Shown here: piece after piece, positions 8,868 through 19,320 of the stretch
How the letters are laid out: the number at the start of each line of letters is the position of its first letter
How positions within the stretch are numbered: position 1 is the first letter of the stretch
Source of the DNA: Rhodospirillales bacterium
Lineage (GTDB): Bacteria > Pseudomonadota > Alphaproteobacteria > Rhodospirillales > JAPHRK01
Reading direction: 5' to 3'
Length of the DNA: 64,000 nucleotides
Assembly (NCBI GenBank): GCA_026196105.1
Contig: JAPHRK010000002.1
Coordinates: forward strand, 140,566-204,565
Position numbers and translations under genes: made by a program
Notes under the pieces: model-generated
The model's input: the letters and a program-made list of their open reading frames with translations, nothing else
Told to the model about the DNA's origin: nothing
Database searches by the model: none

Positions 8868-10124
8868 ATGTCTATTAAAAAAACAACTCTTACTTTTGCG
8901 GCTGCATCATTTGCTGCTAGCCTGATGGCAACTTCAGCCATGGCTGCTGATACCATTAAAATTGCTTTTATTGATCCTCTTTCAGGTCCTTTTGCTAGCA
9001 CAGGCAGCAATGGACTTCGGGAATGGAAGTTTGCTGTTGAAGATCTTGTAAACTCCAGAGGTGGATTACTTGGTGGCAAAAAAATTGAAGTTATTGCTTT
9101 CGACAATAAAATCAGTCCGAAAGAAACATTAATCCAACTTAAAAATGCTATTGGACAAGGCATTCAATATGTCGCACAAGGAAATAGCTCTGGTGTTGCC
9201 AACGCTTTGACCTCTGCTATTAAAAAGCATAACAAGCGGAACCCAGACAAGCGAGTTATTCACCTTAACTATGCTGCTGTTGATCCCGCATTGACTAATG
9301 CTAAATGTAGCTACTGGCATTTCCGTTTTGACGCAAACGTCGATATGAAGATGAATGCGATCACCGATACAATTGCTGGCCGGAAAGACATCAAGAAAGT
9401 TTACATCATTGGTCAGGATTATTCCTTTGGTAAAGCTGTCTCAGCTGCTGCTGTTAAATTCCTAAAAGAAAAACGACCTGATATTCAAATTGTTGGAAAT
9501 GAACTACACCCAATTGGTAAAGTTAAAGACTTCACCCCATATGTGACCAAGATTAAAGCGGCTGGTGCAAATGCGATTATTACCGGCAACTGGGGTGGTG
9601 ATATGCTTAACTTGGCAAAAGCTGCGACAAGCGTTGGCCTAGATTCAAGCTTCTTCACATACTACGCTGCTGGTGCAGGTATTACTGCGGCTCTTGGTCC
9701 AGTTGCGAAAGATAAAGTATTCAACGTAGGTGAAGGCCATGCCAACCCAACGGTTACCAAAACTTGGGATGATTACCAAAGCCGTTTCAAAGCCAAACAT
9801 CCTAAAAAAGACGTTACTTACGGGCGTGTTCCTTACACCGTTCGTATGTTTGCTAAAGCTGTAACTAAAGCTGGATCAGCTAAGCCAATTGACGTCGCTA
9901 GAGCTCTTGAAGGCATGGAACTAACCACAATGGCTGGTGACAAAGTCAAAATGCGTGCAGAAGATCACCAGTTGATCATGCCAATCCAGGTTTCTGTTCA
10001 TACAGATGATCGTATCAAGTTTGATTACGATAACTCTGGCTGGGGCTTAAGAACTATTTCAAGCACTCCTGCTGAATCAAACGCTTTGCCCACAACCTGT
10101 AAGATGGAACGCCCTAAAGGCTAA
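8868..10124 (+). CDS. ABC transporter periplasmic substrate-binding protein (LivK / HAAT family type)
   Basis: 418 aa. Signal peptide ...ASLMATSAMA/AD. Leu/Ile/Val-binding-protein-like layout. GGGAGG upstream. Followed by two HAAT permeases and two ATPases. Confidence 0.85.
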   Translation: MSIKKTTLTFAAASFAASLMATSAMAADTIKIAFIDPLSGPFASTGSNGLREWKFAVEDLVNSRGGLLGGKKIEVIAFDNKISPKETLIQLKNAIGQGIQYVAQGNSSGVANALTSAIKKHNKRNPDKRVIHLNYAAVDPALTNAKCSYWHFRFDANVDMKMNAITDTIAGRKDIKKVYIIGQDYSFGKAVSAAAVKFLKEKRPDIQIVGNELHPIGKVKDFTPYVTKIKAAGANAIITGNWGGDMLNLAKAATSVGLDSSFFTYYAAGAGITAALGPVAKDKVFNVGEGHANPTVTKTWDDYQSRFKAKHPKKDVTYGRVPYTVRMFAKAVTKAGSAKPIDVARALEGMELTTMAGDKVKMRAEDHQLIMPIQVSVHTDDRIKFDYDNSGWGLRTISSTPAESNALPTTCKMERPKG

Positions 10125-10151
10125 TCCCTTAATAAGGTTACAAAGGTATAG

Positions 10152-10183
10152 ATGCCCGATATCAATTTTCTGATATCGGGCAT
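10152..10183 (+). other. Perfect 13-bp intercistronic stem-loop after the binding-protein gene
   Basis: ATGCCCGATATCA (10152-10164), loop ATTTTC, TGATATCGGGCAT (10171-10183). No U-run follows. The stem base GATGCCCG...CGGGCAT is shared with the element at 37742-37763. Confidence 0.55.
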
Positions 10184-10209
10184 TCCCCTCGTTTATCCAG
10201 GAAGTCACA

Positions 10210-11160
10210 ATGATTGAAACGACAATTTTCTCATTGCTAAATGGGTTAGTTTACGGATTGCTTTTGTTTATGCTTTCTAGTGGGCTAACACTAATTTTTA
10301 GTATGATGGGTGTTTTAAACTTTGCCCATGCCAGTTTTTATATGCTGGGTGCCTATTTCGCTTATGAAATGTCAATCCATATCGGTTTTTGGCCCGCTTT
10401 AATTTTAGCTCCAATTGCAGTTGGTTTTGCTGGAGCTGCTTTAGAGCGGTACGGTTTGCGTAATGTTCATAAATATGGGCATGTAGCCGAACTGGTTTTC
10501 ACTTTTGGTATCGCTTTTCTTATTGAAGAAGTTGTCCAGTTTATTTGGGGTAAGGATCAACAGCCTTACAACGCCCCTCCTCTACTTGACTTCCCTTTAT
10601 TTACCTTATTCAACGTTGATTTTCCGGCCTACAAAGCCTTTATGCTCTTTGTTTCAATAGCAATTTTCATAGCGCTTCTGGTTGTATTAACCAAAACCCG
10701 CGTTGGCCTTATTATTCAAGCCGCGATCACTCACCCCCATATGGTCGGTATGCTGGGGCATAATGTGCCACTGGTCTTTATGGCGACATTTGGTGTGGGA
10801 ACAGCCTTAGCTGGAATTGCAGGTGTTATCGCAGCTCCGGTTTTAGGCACCTACCCCGGCATGGCATTTGATTTGGGTTCTATCATCTTTGTGGTGGTGG
10901 TCTTTGGTGGCCTCGGCTCCCTTGCAGGAGCTTTCGTAGCCTCCTTGATGATTGGCATTGTTCAGACATTCGCTGTTTCATTTAACATTGGAATGCCTGA
11001 CCTTTTGGCTCTACTTGGTTTAGAATTTGGTGCAGACCATTTCTTGGTTGATCTGTGGACCATATCTCTACCGCAAATTGGACCACTTATCCCATATTTG
11101 ATGCTGATTATTATGCTGATATTCAGACCCCTTGGACTATTTGGGAGCCGTGAAGTATGA
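10210..11160 (+). CDS. ABC transporter permease (LivH type)
   Basis: 316 aa, polytopic hydrophobic, HAAT permease-like. ATGA overlap with the next permease. Confidence 0.9.
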   Translation: MIETTIFSLLNGLVYGLLLFMLSSGLTLIFSMMGVLNFAHASFYMLGAYFAYEMSIHIGFWPALILAPIAVGFAGAALERYGLRNVHKYGHVAELVFTFGIAFLIEEVVQFIWGKDQQPYNAPPLLDFPLFTLFNVDFPAYKAFMLFVSIAIFIALLVVLTKTRVGLIIQAAITHPHMVGMLGHNVPLVFMATFGVGTALAGIAGVIAAPVLGTYPGMAFDLGSIIFVVVVFGGLGSLAGAFVASLMIGIVQTFAVSFNIGMPDLLALLGLEFGADHFLVDLWTISLPQIGPLIPYLMLIIMLIFRPLGLFGSREV

Positions 11161-12452
11161 GTACACTTACTGACATGCGGCGTGACATGAATGCCAGAAT
11201 GTTTAAGCAACAGCGCAATATGTGGATTGCCGTTGCCCTAGTCCTTGGCTGCCTACCTCTTTTCTATGGCGGTTCAGATTTTGCCCTAACTGTTTCCATC
11301 CAAATTGGGATGATGATTATCTTCTCACTGGCCTACAATATGCTGTTAGGTCAGGGCGGGATGCTTTCCTTCGGTATGGCCGTTTATTTCGGCATGGGAG
11401 GCTTCCTCTCCATGCACTTTATGAACATGATTGAAGCTGACACCGTATGGTTGCCTATGGCTTTATTACCAGTGGTCGGGGCCTTTATCGGCCTCGTTCT
11501 CGGCCTCATTATTGGTAGCTTTTCTACCCGGAAAGCTGGAACTATTTTCGCCATGATCTCTTTAGGGATTGGCGAACTTGTTGCGGCGAGCTCCCTGATT
11601 TTTGTTAAATTCTTTGGGGGGGAAGAAGGTGTTACAGGTGACAGAACAATGGGACCTGAAATGTTTGGGGTCGATTTTGCTTCTGAACTTGAAGTTTATT
11701 ATCTGGTGGCTGCTTGGGTCTTCATAGCAACTCTCCTTATGTTCTTATTCTCACGTACCCCAGTTGGCAGAATGGCTAATGCGGTCAGAGACAATCCTGA
11801 ACGAGCAGAATTTGTTGGATATAGCCAACGTTTTGTAAGGCTGATTTCCTTTGCTGGTGCAGGTCTGTTTTCTGGTCTAGCAGGTAGCCTCTTTGCCATT
11901 ACTTACGAAATTGTCACTGAAGAAACTCTCAATGCAGTGACCTCTGGTGCCCCCCTCATTATGGTCATGATTGGTGGGGCAGGGTATTTTATTGGCCCCA
12001 TTATTGGCGCGATTTTCTATACATTGCTCTCAACCGTATTGAGTAATTATACAGAAATTTGGTTAATGTATGTGGGTATCATATTTGTCCTCACAATCAT
12101 GTATCTCCCTGCAGGTTTAACGGGGCTTTTGCTGATGCATAATCCAATCATTAAAGCAAAAAAATTAAAACGAATACTTCCGGTTTATGGAAAGATAGCT
12201 CTGCCAGTGATTGGCATTTTCCTTGGCATAGTTGGTCTTTTAGAGGTTGGCCATTATGCTCATAATGCCTCTGCTGGTGACATGACCATGAGTCTGTTCT
12301 TTGTCTCTGTAGATACAAGTTCTTACTTACCATGGATATTCTTTACCGGTATTTTAGTTGGTGGGTTTATGCTGGCCAAAAAACAGGCTCCTTCAGTTGC
12401 TGAAACCTATGAAGAAGTTCACAAAGAAGCACTTGGTGGAGGTGACAAATGA
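11157..12452 (+). CDS. ABC transporter permease (LivM type, with extended C-terminus)
   Basis: 431 aa, polytopic. 4-nt overlaps with both neighbours. Confidence 0.9.
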   Translation: MSTLTDMRRDMNARMFKQQRNMWIAVALVLGCLPLFYGGSDFALTVSIQIGMMIIFSLAYNMLLGQGGMLSFGMAVYFGMGGFLSMHFMNMIEADTVWLPMALLPVVGAFIGLVLGLIIGSFSTRKAGTIFAMISLGIGELVAASSLIFVKFFGGEEGVTGDRTMGPEMFGVDFASELEVYYLVAAWVFIATLLMFLFSRTPVGRMANAVRDNPERAEFVGYSQRFVRLISFAGAGLFSGLAGSLFAITYEIVTEETLNAVTSGAPLIMVMIGGAGYFIGPIIGAIFYTLLSTVLSNYTEIWLMYVGIIFVLTIMYLPAGLTGLLLMHNPIIKAKKLKRILPVYGKIALPVIGIFLGIVGLLEVGHYAHNASAGDMTMSLFFVSVDTSSYLPWIFFTGILVGGFMLAKKQAPSVAETYEEVHKEALGGGDK

Positions 12453-13207
12453 CCTCAGCCATTCACCTAGTTGATCTTCAAAAGAGCTTCGGACAAACAG
12501 CAATTATTCGAGGGATCAATCTTGAGATCAAAAAAGGCGAAAGACACGCCATCATCGGCCCGAATGGAGCAGGTAAATCCACCTTGTTTCACCTCATTAG
12601 CGGGAAGTATGAACCTACAGCAGGAAGCGTAAAACTCCACGGTAATGAAATCACTGGATTACCTCCTTACGAAATCTATCGTAAAGGACTAAGTCGGAGT
12701 TTTCAGGTTACTAATATCTTCCATCGTATGACAGTCTACGAAAACGTTCGTTGCGGTATAATGTGGAATATGGGGTATAAATACTCTTTCTGGAACAGGG
12801 TTGATACGACGGAAGAAATAAATCTTAAGACAGAAGCCGTTCTGGAAGAAATTGGTATGGTCGAGCGTGCTATGACCCCTGCCGGACTTCTAACTTATGC
12901 TGAACAACGCGCCCTTGAAATTGGCATTACCATCGCCGGTGGTGCTGATGTGATTATGCTTGATGAGCCTACAGCCGGAATGAGCCATAGCGAAACAGAA
13001 CAGGCTGTTGCGTTGATCCGCAAAATCTCTGAAAATAAAACCTTGGTTATGGTTGAACACGATATGGGGGTTGTTTTTGGATTAGCAGATCGGATTTCCG
13101 TTTTAGTTTACGGCGAGATCATTGCCACAGACACACCTGATCGCATTAAAGAAAACGAGGCCGTCCAAGAAGCCTATTTGGGAACGGAGCACGATGACGA
13201 TGCTTAA
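12449..13207 (+). CDS. ABC transporter ATP-binding protein (LivG type)
   Basis: Walker A GPNGAGKST, signature-like LTYAEQRALEIG, Walker B VIMLDEPTAGM. Confidence 0.9.
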   Translation: MTSAIHLVDLQKSFGQTAIIRGINLEIKKGERHAIIGPNGAGKSTLFHLISGKYEPTAGSVKLHGNEITGLPPYEIYRKGLSRSFQVTNIFHRMTVYENVRCGIMWNMGYKYSFWNRVDTTEEINLKTEAVLEEIGMVERAMTPAGLLTYAEQRALEIGITIAGGADVIMLDEPTAGMSHSETEQAVALIRKISENKTLVMVEHDMGVVFGLADRISVLVYGEIIATDTPDRIKENEAVQEAYLGTEHDDDA

Positions 13208-13895
13208 AGTAACTGACCTCCATGCCTATTACGGCAAAAGCCACATTCTTCAAGGCGTCAATCTCCATGTTAAAGAAGGTGAAATCGTCAGTCTCTTAGG
13301 CCGAAACGGTGTTGGGCGCTCGACGACTGTGAACGCTTTGCTTGGTAATGTTGAATGCCATGGCTCAGCTCTTTATAAAGATCAGGAAATTATCGGCCTG
13401 AAGCCCCACCAGATATCTCACTTAGGATTAGGGATTGTTGTTGAAAACCGGGCTATCTTCCCCACTTTGACTGTTCGCCAAAACCTTGCCCTTGGCATGA
13501 AAAAAGCCAATAAATTTGGGCGTTGGAGCTATGACGATATGTTTGACATGTTCTCTAACCTCAGAGAACGGGCTGATGTTCCAGCCGGAGTTCTTTCAGG
13601 GGGCGAACAGCAAATGCTGACTATGTGTCGCACCTTGATGGGTGACCCTGACCTTATTATGATTGATGAGCCAACTGAAGGGTTGGCTCCAAAAATCGTA
13701 ACCCAAGTAGGTAAACTCCTAGAGGAAATTGCCAACCGGGGGGTCTCCATTTTGTTGGTTGAGCAAAAACTTACTATTGCTTTAAAAATATCATCCCGCG
13801 TTTACGTTATGGGGCATGGACAAATTGTCTATGAAGGCACTCCTGACGAATTACGCGAAAACGAACAGATCCGTAAGGAGTGGCTAGAGGTCTAA
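13194..13895 (+). CDS. ABC transporter ATP-binding protein (LivF type)
   Basis: Walker A GRNGVGRST, LSGGEQQML, LIMIDEPTEGLAP. I prefer the start at MTMLKVTDL (13194) over 13122. Confidence 0.9.
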   Translation: MTMLKVTDLHAYYGKSHILQGVNLHVKEGEIVSLLGRNGVGRSTTVNALLGNVECHGSALYKDQEIIGLKPHQISHLGLGIVVENRAIFPTLTVRQNLALGMKKANKFGRWSYDDMFDMFSNLRERADVPAGVLSGGEQQMLTMCRTLMGDPDLIMIDEPTEGLAPKIVTQVGKLLEEIANRGVSILLVEQKLTIALKISSRVYVMGHGQIVYEGTPDELRENEQIRKEWLEV

Positions 13896-13953
13896 CCTCC
13901 CCACTCCTTTAATGATCAGACTACCCACTTTTTAAAATAAGAAAGAGAGAAAC

Positions 13954-16041
13954 ATGTCCAGTCCGGTTTCATATGAACGTAAAGGTAACGTAGGTGTCAT
14001 TACCGTAAACAACCCTCCGGTAAACGCCCTAGGCCATGCTGTACGTCAAGGTTTTGCCAATGGCCTTAAGACAGGCTTAGCTGATGATGGAGCCAAAGCT
14101 CTTGTTGTTATCGGTGGTGGACGGACCTTCCCTGCTGGAGCAGATATCACTGAGTTTGGCAAACCTCTTCAGGAACCCGGCCTGACTGAAGTTATTGATG
14201 GATTTGAAAACAGCACAAAGCCTGTAATCGCTGCCGTTCATGGCACAGCTCTTGGCGGCGGAATGGAAATTGTTCTGGGTTGTCACTTCCGGGTTGCAGC
14301 AACGACAGCCATGTGTGGCCTGCCAGAAGTTAAACTTGGGATTATTCCTGGCGCTGGCGGCACCCAACGCTTGCCCCGTATTGTTGGCGCACAAACAGCG
14401 TTAGAAATGATCACTTCTGGTAATTTCATTAAAGCGCCTAAAGCACTCAAAATGGGTATCTTTGATGAACTAATTGAAGGAGACCTGGAAGAAGGCGCGG
14501 TCGCATTTGCTGAAAAAGTAATTGCAGAAAACCGGCCAATCCGTAAAGTCAGCGAACTTTCTGTTGAGGCCGATTCAGATGTCTTTGAGAACTTCCGCAA
14601 AGGAATTGCGCGCAAATCACGGGGTTATCTCTCTCCCTTCAAATGCATCGACTCTGTTGAAAACGCGACCAAATTTCCTTTCGATGAAGGCATGGCAAAA
14701 GAGCGAGAAATTTTCATTGAGTGCTTAAGCTCACCTCAATCTGCCGGTCAACGCTTTATGTTTTTTGCTGAACGTACTGCCTCAAAGGTCAATGACGTTC
14801 CAAAAGACACCCCATTGCGTGATCTTAAAACTGCAGGTGTCCTTGGGGCTGGTACCATGGGCGGCGGCATTGCCATGAATTTCCTTAACGCAGGCATTCC
14901 GGTCACCATTGTTGAGATGGCACAAGAAGCTTTGGATAAAGGCATAGGTATTATCCGCACTAACTATGAAAACACTGCAAAAAAAGGTCGTTTGACCCAA
15001 GAGCAAGTTGAAGAACGTATGGCCCTCCTAACGGGTACAACAGATATGAATGACCTTGCTTCTGTTGATATCGTTATTGAAGCTGTTTTTGAGAATATGG
15101 AAGTGAAAAAGGACGTTTTCGCTAAGCTCAATGGCATCTGTAAAGAAGGGGCAATTCTTGCCTCGAATACCTCGACACTGGATGTCAACGAAATCGCCTC
15201 TGTAACAGACCGTCCTCAAGATGTGATCGGCTTACATTTCTTTAGCCCTGCCAACGTTATGCCCCTCTTAGAGATCGTTCGTGGCGCGGGAACAGCCAAA
15301 GATGTTTTGGCTACATGCATGAAAATGGCCAAGAAAATCAGTAAAGTAGGTGTTGTCGTTGGTGTTTGTGAGGGCTTTGTTGGCAATCGTATGCTCCACG
15401 GTTATCTGACACAAAGCCAAAGAATGATCGAAGAAGGAGCCACCCCAGCACAAGTCGATAAAGTGATTTTCGATTACGGCCTCGCTATGGGTCCATTCAC
15501 CATGGCAGATCTTGCAGGTAACGATGTTGGCTGGCGCATTCGTCTTGGTAAACTATCTGATGAAGAACGCGCAGAGCGCAGTTATACAGGCACAATCGCA
15601 GATCGAATTTGTGATATTGGTCGTTTTGGCCAAAAAACCAGCAAAGGTTGGTACGACTACAAAACTGGGGATCGCACCCCCTACCCTTCAGATGAAGTTT
15701 TATCAATCATTGAAGATGTAAGGCGAGATAAAGATATAAACGCCCGCTCAATTGAAGATGATGAAATCCTCAAACGCTGCATTTATGCCCTCGTAAACGA
15801 AGGGGCAAAAATCCTTGAAGAAGGTATAGCTCAACGCTCAAGCGACATTGATGTCATCTATATCTACGGCTACGGCTTCCCCCCTTATCGCGGTGGCCCC
15901 ATGTTCTATGCCGACCAAGTTGGCCTCAAGAATGTCTATGCTGATATTTGTAAATTCCAGGAGACCCATGGCGATGTTTGGGAGCCTGCCCCTCTACTCA
16001 AAAAACTTGCTGAAGAAGGCAAATCTTTCAGCGATTTATAG
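13954..16041 (+). CDS. Bifunctional enoyl-CoA hydratase / 3-hydroxyacyl-CoA dehydrogenase (FadB/FadJ-like)
   Basis: 695 aa. N-terminal crotonase fold (FPAGADITEF, GTALGGGMEIVLGCH), central Rossmann GVLGAGTMGGGIA, and a C-terminal 3HCDH domain. Confidence 0.9.
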   Translation: MSSPVSYERKGNVGVITVNNPPVNALGHAVRQGFANGLKTGLADDGAKALVVIGGGRTFPAGADITEFGKPLQEPGLTEVIDGFENSTKPVIAAVHGTALGGGMEIVLGCHFRVAATTAMCGLPEVKLGIIPGAGGTQRLPRIVGAQTALEMITSGNFIKAPKALKMGIFDELIEGDLEEGAVAFAEKVIAENRPIRKVSELSVEADSDVFENFRKGIARKSRGYLSPFKCIDSVENATKFPFDEGMAKEREIFIECLSSPQSAGQRFMFFAERTASKVNDVPKDTPLRDLKTAGVLGAGTMGGGIAMNFLNAGIPVTIVEMAQEALDKGIGIIRTNYENTAKKGRLTQEQVEERMALLTGTTDMNDLASVDIVIEAVFENMEVKKDVFAKLNGICKEGAILASNTSTLDVNEIASVTDRPQDVIGLHFFSPANVMPLLEIVRGAGTAKDVLATCMKMAKKISKVGVVVGVCEGFVGNRMLHGYLTQSQRMIEEGATPAQVDKVIFDYGLAMGPFTMADLAGNDVGWRIRLGKLSDEERAERSYTGTIADRICDIGRFGQKTSKGWYDYKTGDRTPYPSDEVLSIIEDVRRDKDINARSIEDDEILKRCIYALVNEGAKILEEGIAQRSSDIDVIYIYGYGFPPYRGGPMFYADQVGLKNVYADICKFQETHGDVWEPAPLLKKLAEEGKSFSDL

Positions 16042-16059
16042 AAATTAGGAGTTCTTTTT

Positions 16060-17247
16060 ATGTCTAAAGAAGCAGTTATCGTTTCCACCGCCCGCACCCC
16101 GATTGGCAAAGCCTATCGTGGCGCCTTTAATAATACCGATGCAGCGACCCTGGGCGGTCATGCCGTTGCTGAAGCCGTCAAACGCGCTGGTCTTGAAGGC
16201 CCTGAAGTAGACGACGTAATCATGGGCGCAGCTCTTCAACAAGGATCAACAGGTGGCAATATCGCGCGTCTTTGCGCCGTTCGTGCAGGCCTCGGTGTTG
16301 GAGTTGCTGGTATGTCAATTGATCGCCAGTGCTCTTCTGGCCTGATGTCCATTGCAACAGCCGCCAAACAGGTCATGGATGACGAAATGCCGATCGTTGT
16401 TGGTGGTGGGTTAGAGTCTATCAGCTTGGTTCAAAATGAAAATATGAACCGTCACAGAGCAACAGATGCTTGGTTGATTGAAAACAAGCCAGATATCTAT
16501 ATGCAGATGCTTAACACAGCCGAAGTGGTCTCAACTCGTTACGGCGTTACCCGTGAAGCCATGGACGAATATGCTCTACAAAGCCAGCAGCGCACTGCGG
16601 CTGCTCAAGAAGCCGGTAAATTCGATGATGAACTCGCCCCTATGACCTCAACCATGGGCGTGATGAACAAAGAAACCAAGGAAGTAACTTTCCAGGAAGT
16701 AACTCTGGAAAAAGATGAAGGCAACCGCCCTTCAACTCAACTTGAAGGTCTAGCCAGTCTTAAGCCTGTAGTCGGTGAAGATTGCTTTATCACCGCTGGT
16801 AATGCCTCACAGCTTTCAGATGGTGCGTCTGCCAGCGTGGTGATGGACTCCAAGCTTGCAGAGCAAAAAGGCCTTAATCCTCTTGGTATCTACCGCGGTA
16901 TGGCTGTTGCTGGTTGCGAGCCTGATGAAATGGGCATCGGTCCTGTTTTTGCTATTCCAAAACTTCTGAAGCGAAATGGCCTGACCATGGACGATATCGG
17001 TCTTTGGGAACTGAACGAAGCCTTTGCTGTTCAGGTTCTTTATTGCCGTGACAAACTTGGCATTCCAAATGAAAGCCTCAATGTAAATGGTGGCGCTATT
17101 TCCATTGGTCACCCTTACGGCATGAGTGGAGCTCGTATGGTTGGACATGCCCTTATTGAAGGCAAACGCCGTGGTGTTAAATACGTTGTCATCACCATGT
17201 GCATTGGCGGTGGTCAAGGCGCTGCCGGCCTCTTCGAGGTCGCATAG
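16060..17247 (+). CDS. Acetyl-CoA C-acyltransferase (3-ketoacyl-CoA thiolase)
   Basis: Catalytic Cys context DRQCSSGL. C-terminal [17 protein letters not shown] and CIGGGQGAA. Confidence 0.95.
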   Translation: MSKEAVIVSTARTPIGKAYRGAFNNTDAATLGGHAVAEAVKRAGLEGPEVDDVIMGAALQQGSTGGNIARLCAVRAGLGVGVAGMSIDRQCSSGLMSIATAAKQVMDDEMPIVVGGGLESISLVQNENMNRHRATDAWLIENKPDIYMQMLNTAEVVSTRYGVTREAMDEYALQSQQRTAAAQEAGKFDDELAPMTSTMGVMNKETKEVTFQEVTLEKDEGNRPSTQLEGLASLKPVVGEDCFITAGNASQLSDGASASVVMDSKLAEQKGLNPLGIYRGMAVAGCEPDEMGIGPVFAIPKLLKRNGLTMDDIGLWELNEAFAVQVLYCRDKLGIPNESLNVNGGAISIGHPYGMSGARMVGHALIEGKRRGVKYVVITMCIGGGQGAAGLFEVA

Positions 17248-17259
17248 AACCACATAATT

Positions 17260-18270
17260 ATGGAAGAGCTGCTCAAACCCTTTAGTGATTACCCTAACAG
17301 GGGACAAGCGCAAGAGATCACGACAGGAGTTCTTTGGATAGCTCTTCCTCTTCCCTACCCCCCTGGGTTTGTAAATGTTTGGCTGATTGATGAAGGGGAC
17401 TCCTGGACCCTTGTTGATACAGGCATGGACACCTCCATGGTGCGGGAAACTTGGGAACTTGTTTTCAAAAACGTCCTCAAAGGGCGCCCTATATCCCGCC
17501 TCATTTGCACCCATAGCCACGAAGACCACATGGGCTTAGCTGGATGGATTCAAGAACGCTATCCAGCAGCCTTATGGACGACACAAGCCGAGTGGCTTTT
17601 CGGTCGCGCCGTTAATGGTCAAGGTTGGGGAATAGATGCTTCGGCCTTTTTTCTATCGGCAGGCATGGGCAAAAATCTTTCTAAACAATTCAACGGGATT
17701 AACCATCCTTATGGTGACAAATCTGTTCCTGTACCAGCTCAGTACACCCGAATTAAAGAGAATGAGAGTTTAGTTATTGGTGGGAAAAATTGGAAAGCAA
17801 TAATTGGGCTAGGACATTCCCAAGAACATCTCTGCCTTTATTGTGAAGAGTTAAATCTCCTTATTTCCGGAGATATTTTATTACCAGAGATATTTCCCGT
17901 CCTTTGCATCTTCCCCAATGAGCCAGACGAGGATTCTATTGAGGATTATTTGGACGCTCTACCAAAATTCGAAAAATTGCCTAAAGATACTCTGGTGCTT
18001 CCAGCCCATGGGCTTCCCTTTAAAGGATTGCATCAAAGAATTACATCGACTTATAAATACCATGAAGAAAAATTGGGCAATCTCCTTTCTGCATGCGAAA
18101 CCCCTATTTCAGCGAGACAACTTATCTTAAAGCTTCACCCCAACAGGACTCATCCCAAAAGCCAACTTATGATCCTTTCTGAGACTATCGCTCGTCTAAA
18201 CCACCTTAGAAAAAAAGGGGCGGTTAAGCGGCATATGACAGATAATATTTGGCTCTATCAGCGTACCTAA
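17260..18270 (+). CDS. MBL-fold metallo-hydrolase (paralogue 1)
   Basis: 336 aa. HxHxDH as THSHEDHMG, later GHSQEH, and a C-terminal ...ARLNHLRKKGAVKR tail. Confidence 0.8.
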   Translation: MEELLKPFSDYPNRGQAQEITTGVLWIALPLPYPPGFVNVWLIDEGDSWTLVDTGMDTSMVRETWELVFKNVLKGRPISRLICTHSHEDHMGLAGWIQERYPAALWTTQAEWLFGRAVNGQGWGIDASAFFLSAGMGKNLSKQFNGINHPYGDKSVPVPAQYTRIKENESLVIGGKNWKAIIGLGHSQEHLCLYCEELNLLISGDILLPEIFPVLCIFPNEPDEDSIEDYLDALPKFEKLPKDTLVLPAHGLPFKGLHQRITSTYKYHEEKLGNLLSACETPISARQLILKLHPNRTHPKSQLMILSETIARLNHLRKKGAVKRHMTDNIWLYQRT

Positions 18271-18283
18271 AAGGAATAATATT

Positions 18284-19306
18284 TTGGCATTGCCAGTGAC
18301 AATGATACGCGACTCCAACCCAGAAGCCGGGGAAGTTATCGAAGTAGCTCCAGGAGTTCTCTGGCTCAGAATGCCCCTGCCTATGGTTGGTTTGAACCAT
18401 ATTAACCTGTGGCTCGTCCGTGATGGTGATGGCTGGACAATGGTTGATACTGGCGTAAACGTTCCTGAAACCTTAGAGATTTGGGATAACGTCGTAAGCA
18501 ATCACCTCGACGGGCTTCCTATTAAACGCTTGATCTGTACTCACTTTCATCCAGACCATATGGGCGTTGCGGGGTGGTTTGTTGAAAATAAAGCCGTAGA
18601 ATTTTGGACGTCACGTTGTGAATGGATGCTTGGAGTTACATTAAGTTCCAAAAGAGAAGATAACTGGACAGAGTCAGCTCGTTCATTTTATCACCGAGCC
18701 GGAGCCGATCCTGAAATTTCCAATACAATTGTTGAAGGGCCGAATCCCTATTCAGATCAAGTCTTCAGAATTCCGGCATCATATCATAGAATTTCCGATG
18801 GTGATGAGTTTGATATCGGTGGATCGCCATGGAAAGTAATCACGGGGCATGGACATTCACCAGAGCATGTATGTCTCTACAATGATGAAACAAAAGTATT
18901 GATTTCAGGGGATATTATCCTGCCGAAAATCAGCCCAAACCAGGGTGTATGGCCCTCAGAACCTGATCACGACCCTCTCCACGAATATTTAACAAGTCTC
19001 GATAAATTTGATTCTTTGCCAGAAGATACCTTGGTGTTGCCTTCGCATGGCCTCCCCTTCACAGGTATGCATACTCGGATTGAAGAGCTACGTCACCATC
19101 ACGATAATCGCTTAAAAATTGCCCATGAAGCCTGTAAAAACGGAGCAACGTCCTGGGAAGTTTCATCAGAACTCTTTAGCCCAGACCTTCCGGGGATGCA
19201 TAAAATGTTTGCCCTTGGTGAAACTATTGCTCACCTCAATTATCTTATGAATGAAGGTAAAGTTAAGCGGGTCTTAATAGACAATAGGTGGAGCTATCAA
19301 GCTTAA
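18284..19306 (+). CDS. MBL-fold metallo-hydrolase (paralogue 2)
   Basis: 340 aa, collinear with paralogue 1 (GVLWLRMPLP..., THFHPDHMG, GHSPEH, ...AHLNYLMNEGKVKR). TTG start with AAGGA 8 nt upstream. Confidence 0.8.
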   Translation: MALPVTMIRDSNPEAGEVIEVAPGVLWLRMPLPMVGLNHINLWLVRDGDGWTMVDTGVNVPETLEIWDNVVSNHLDGLPIKRLICTHFHPDHMGVAGWFVENKAVEFWTSRCEWMLGVTLSSKREDNWTESARSFYHRAGADPEISNTIVEGPNPYSDQVFRIPASYHRISDGDEFDIGGSPWKVITGHGHSPEHVCLYNDETKVLISGDIILPKISPNQGVWPSEPDHDPLHEYLTSLDKFDSLPEDTLVLPSHGLPFTGMHTRIEELRHHHDNRLKIAHEACKNGATSWEVSSELFSPDLPGMHKMFALGETIAHLNYLMNEGKVKRVLIDNRWSYQA

Positions 19307-19320
19307 GAAGGAAGACCACT

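Noticed and set aside
16816-17529. 237-aa ORF antisense to the thiolase and first MBL genes
   Set aside because: It lies opposite two genes with unambiguous family motifs. Its sequence is low-complexity and motif-free, with no RBS noticed. It looks like a typical shadow ORF.
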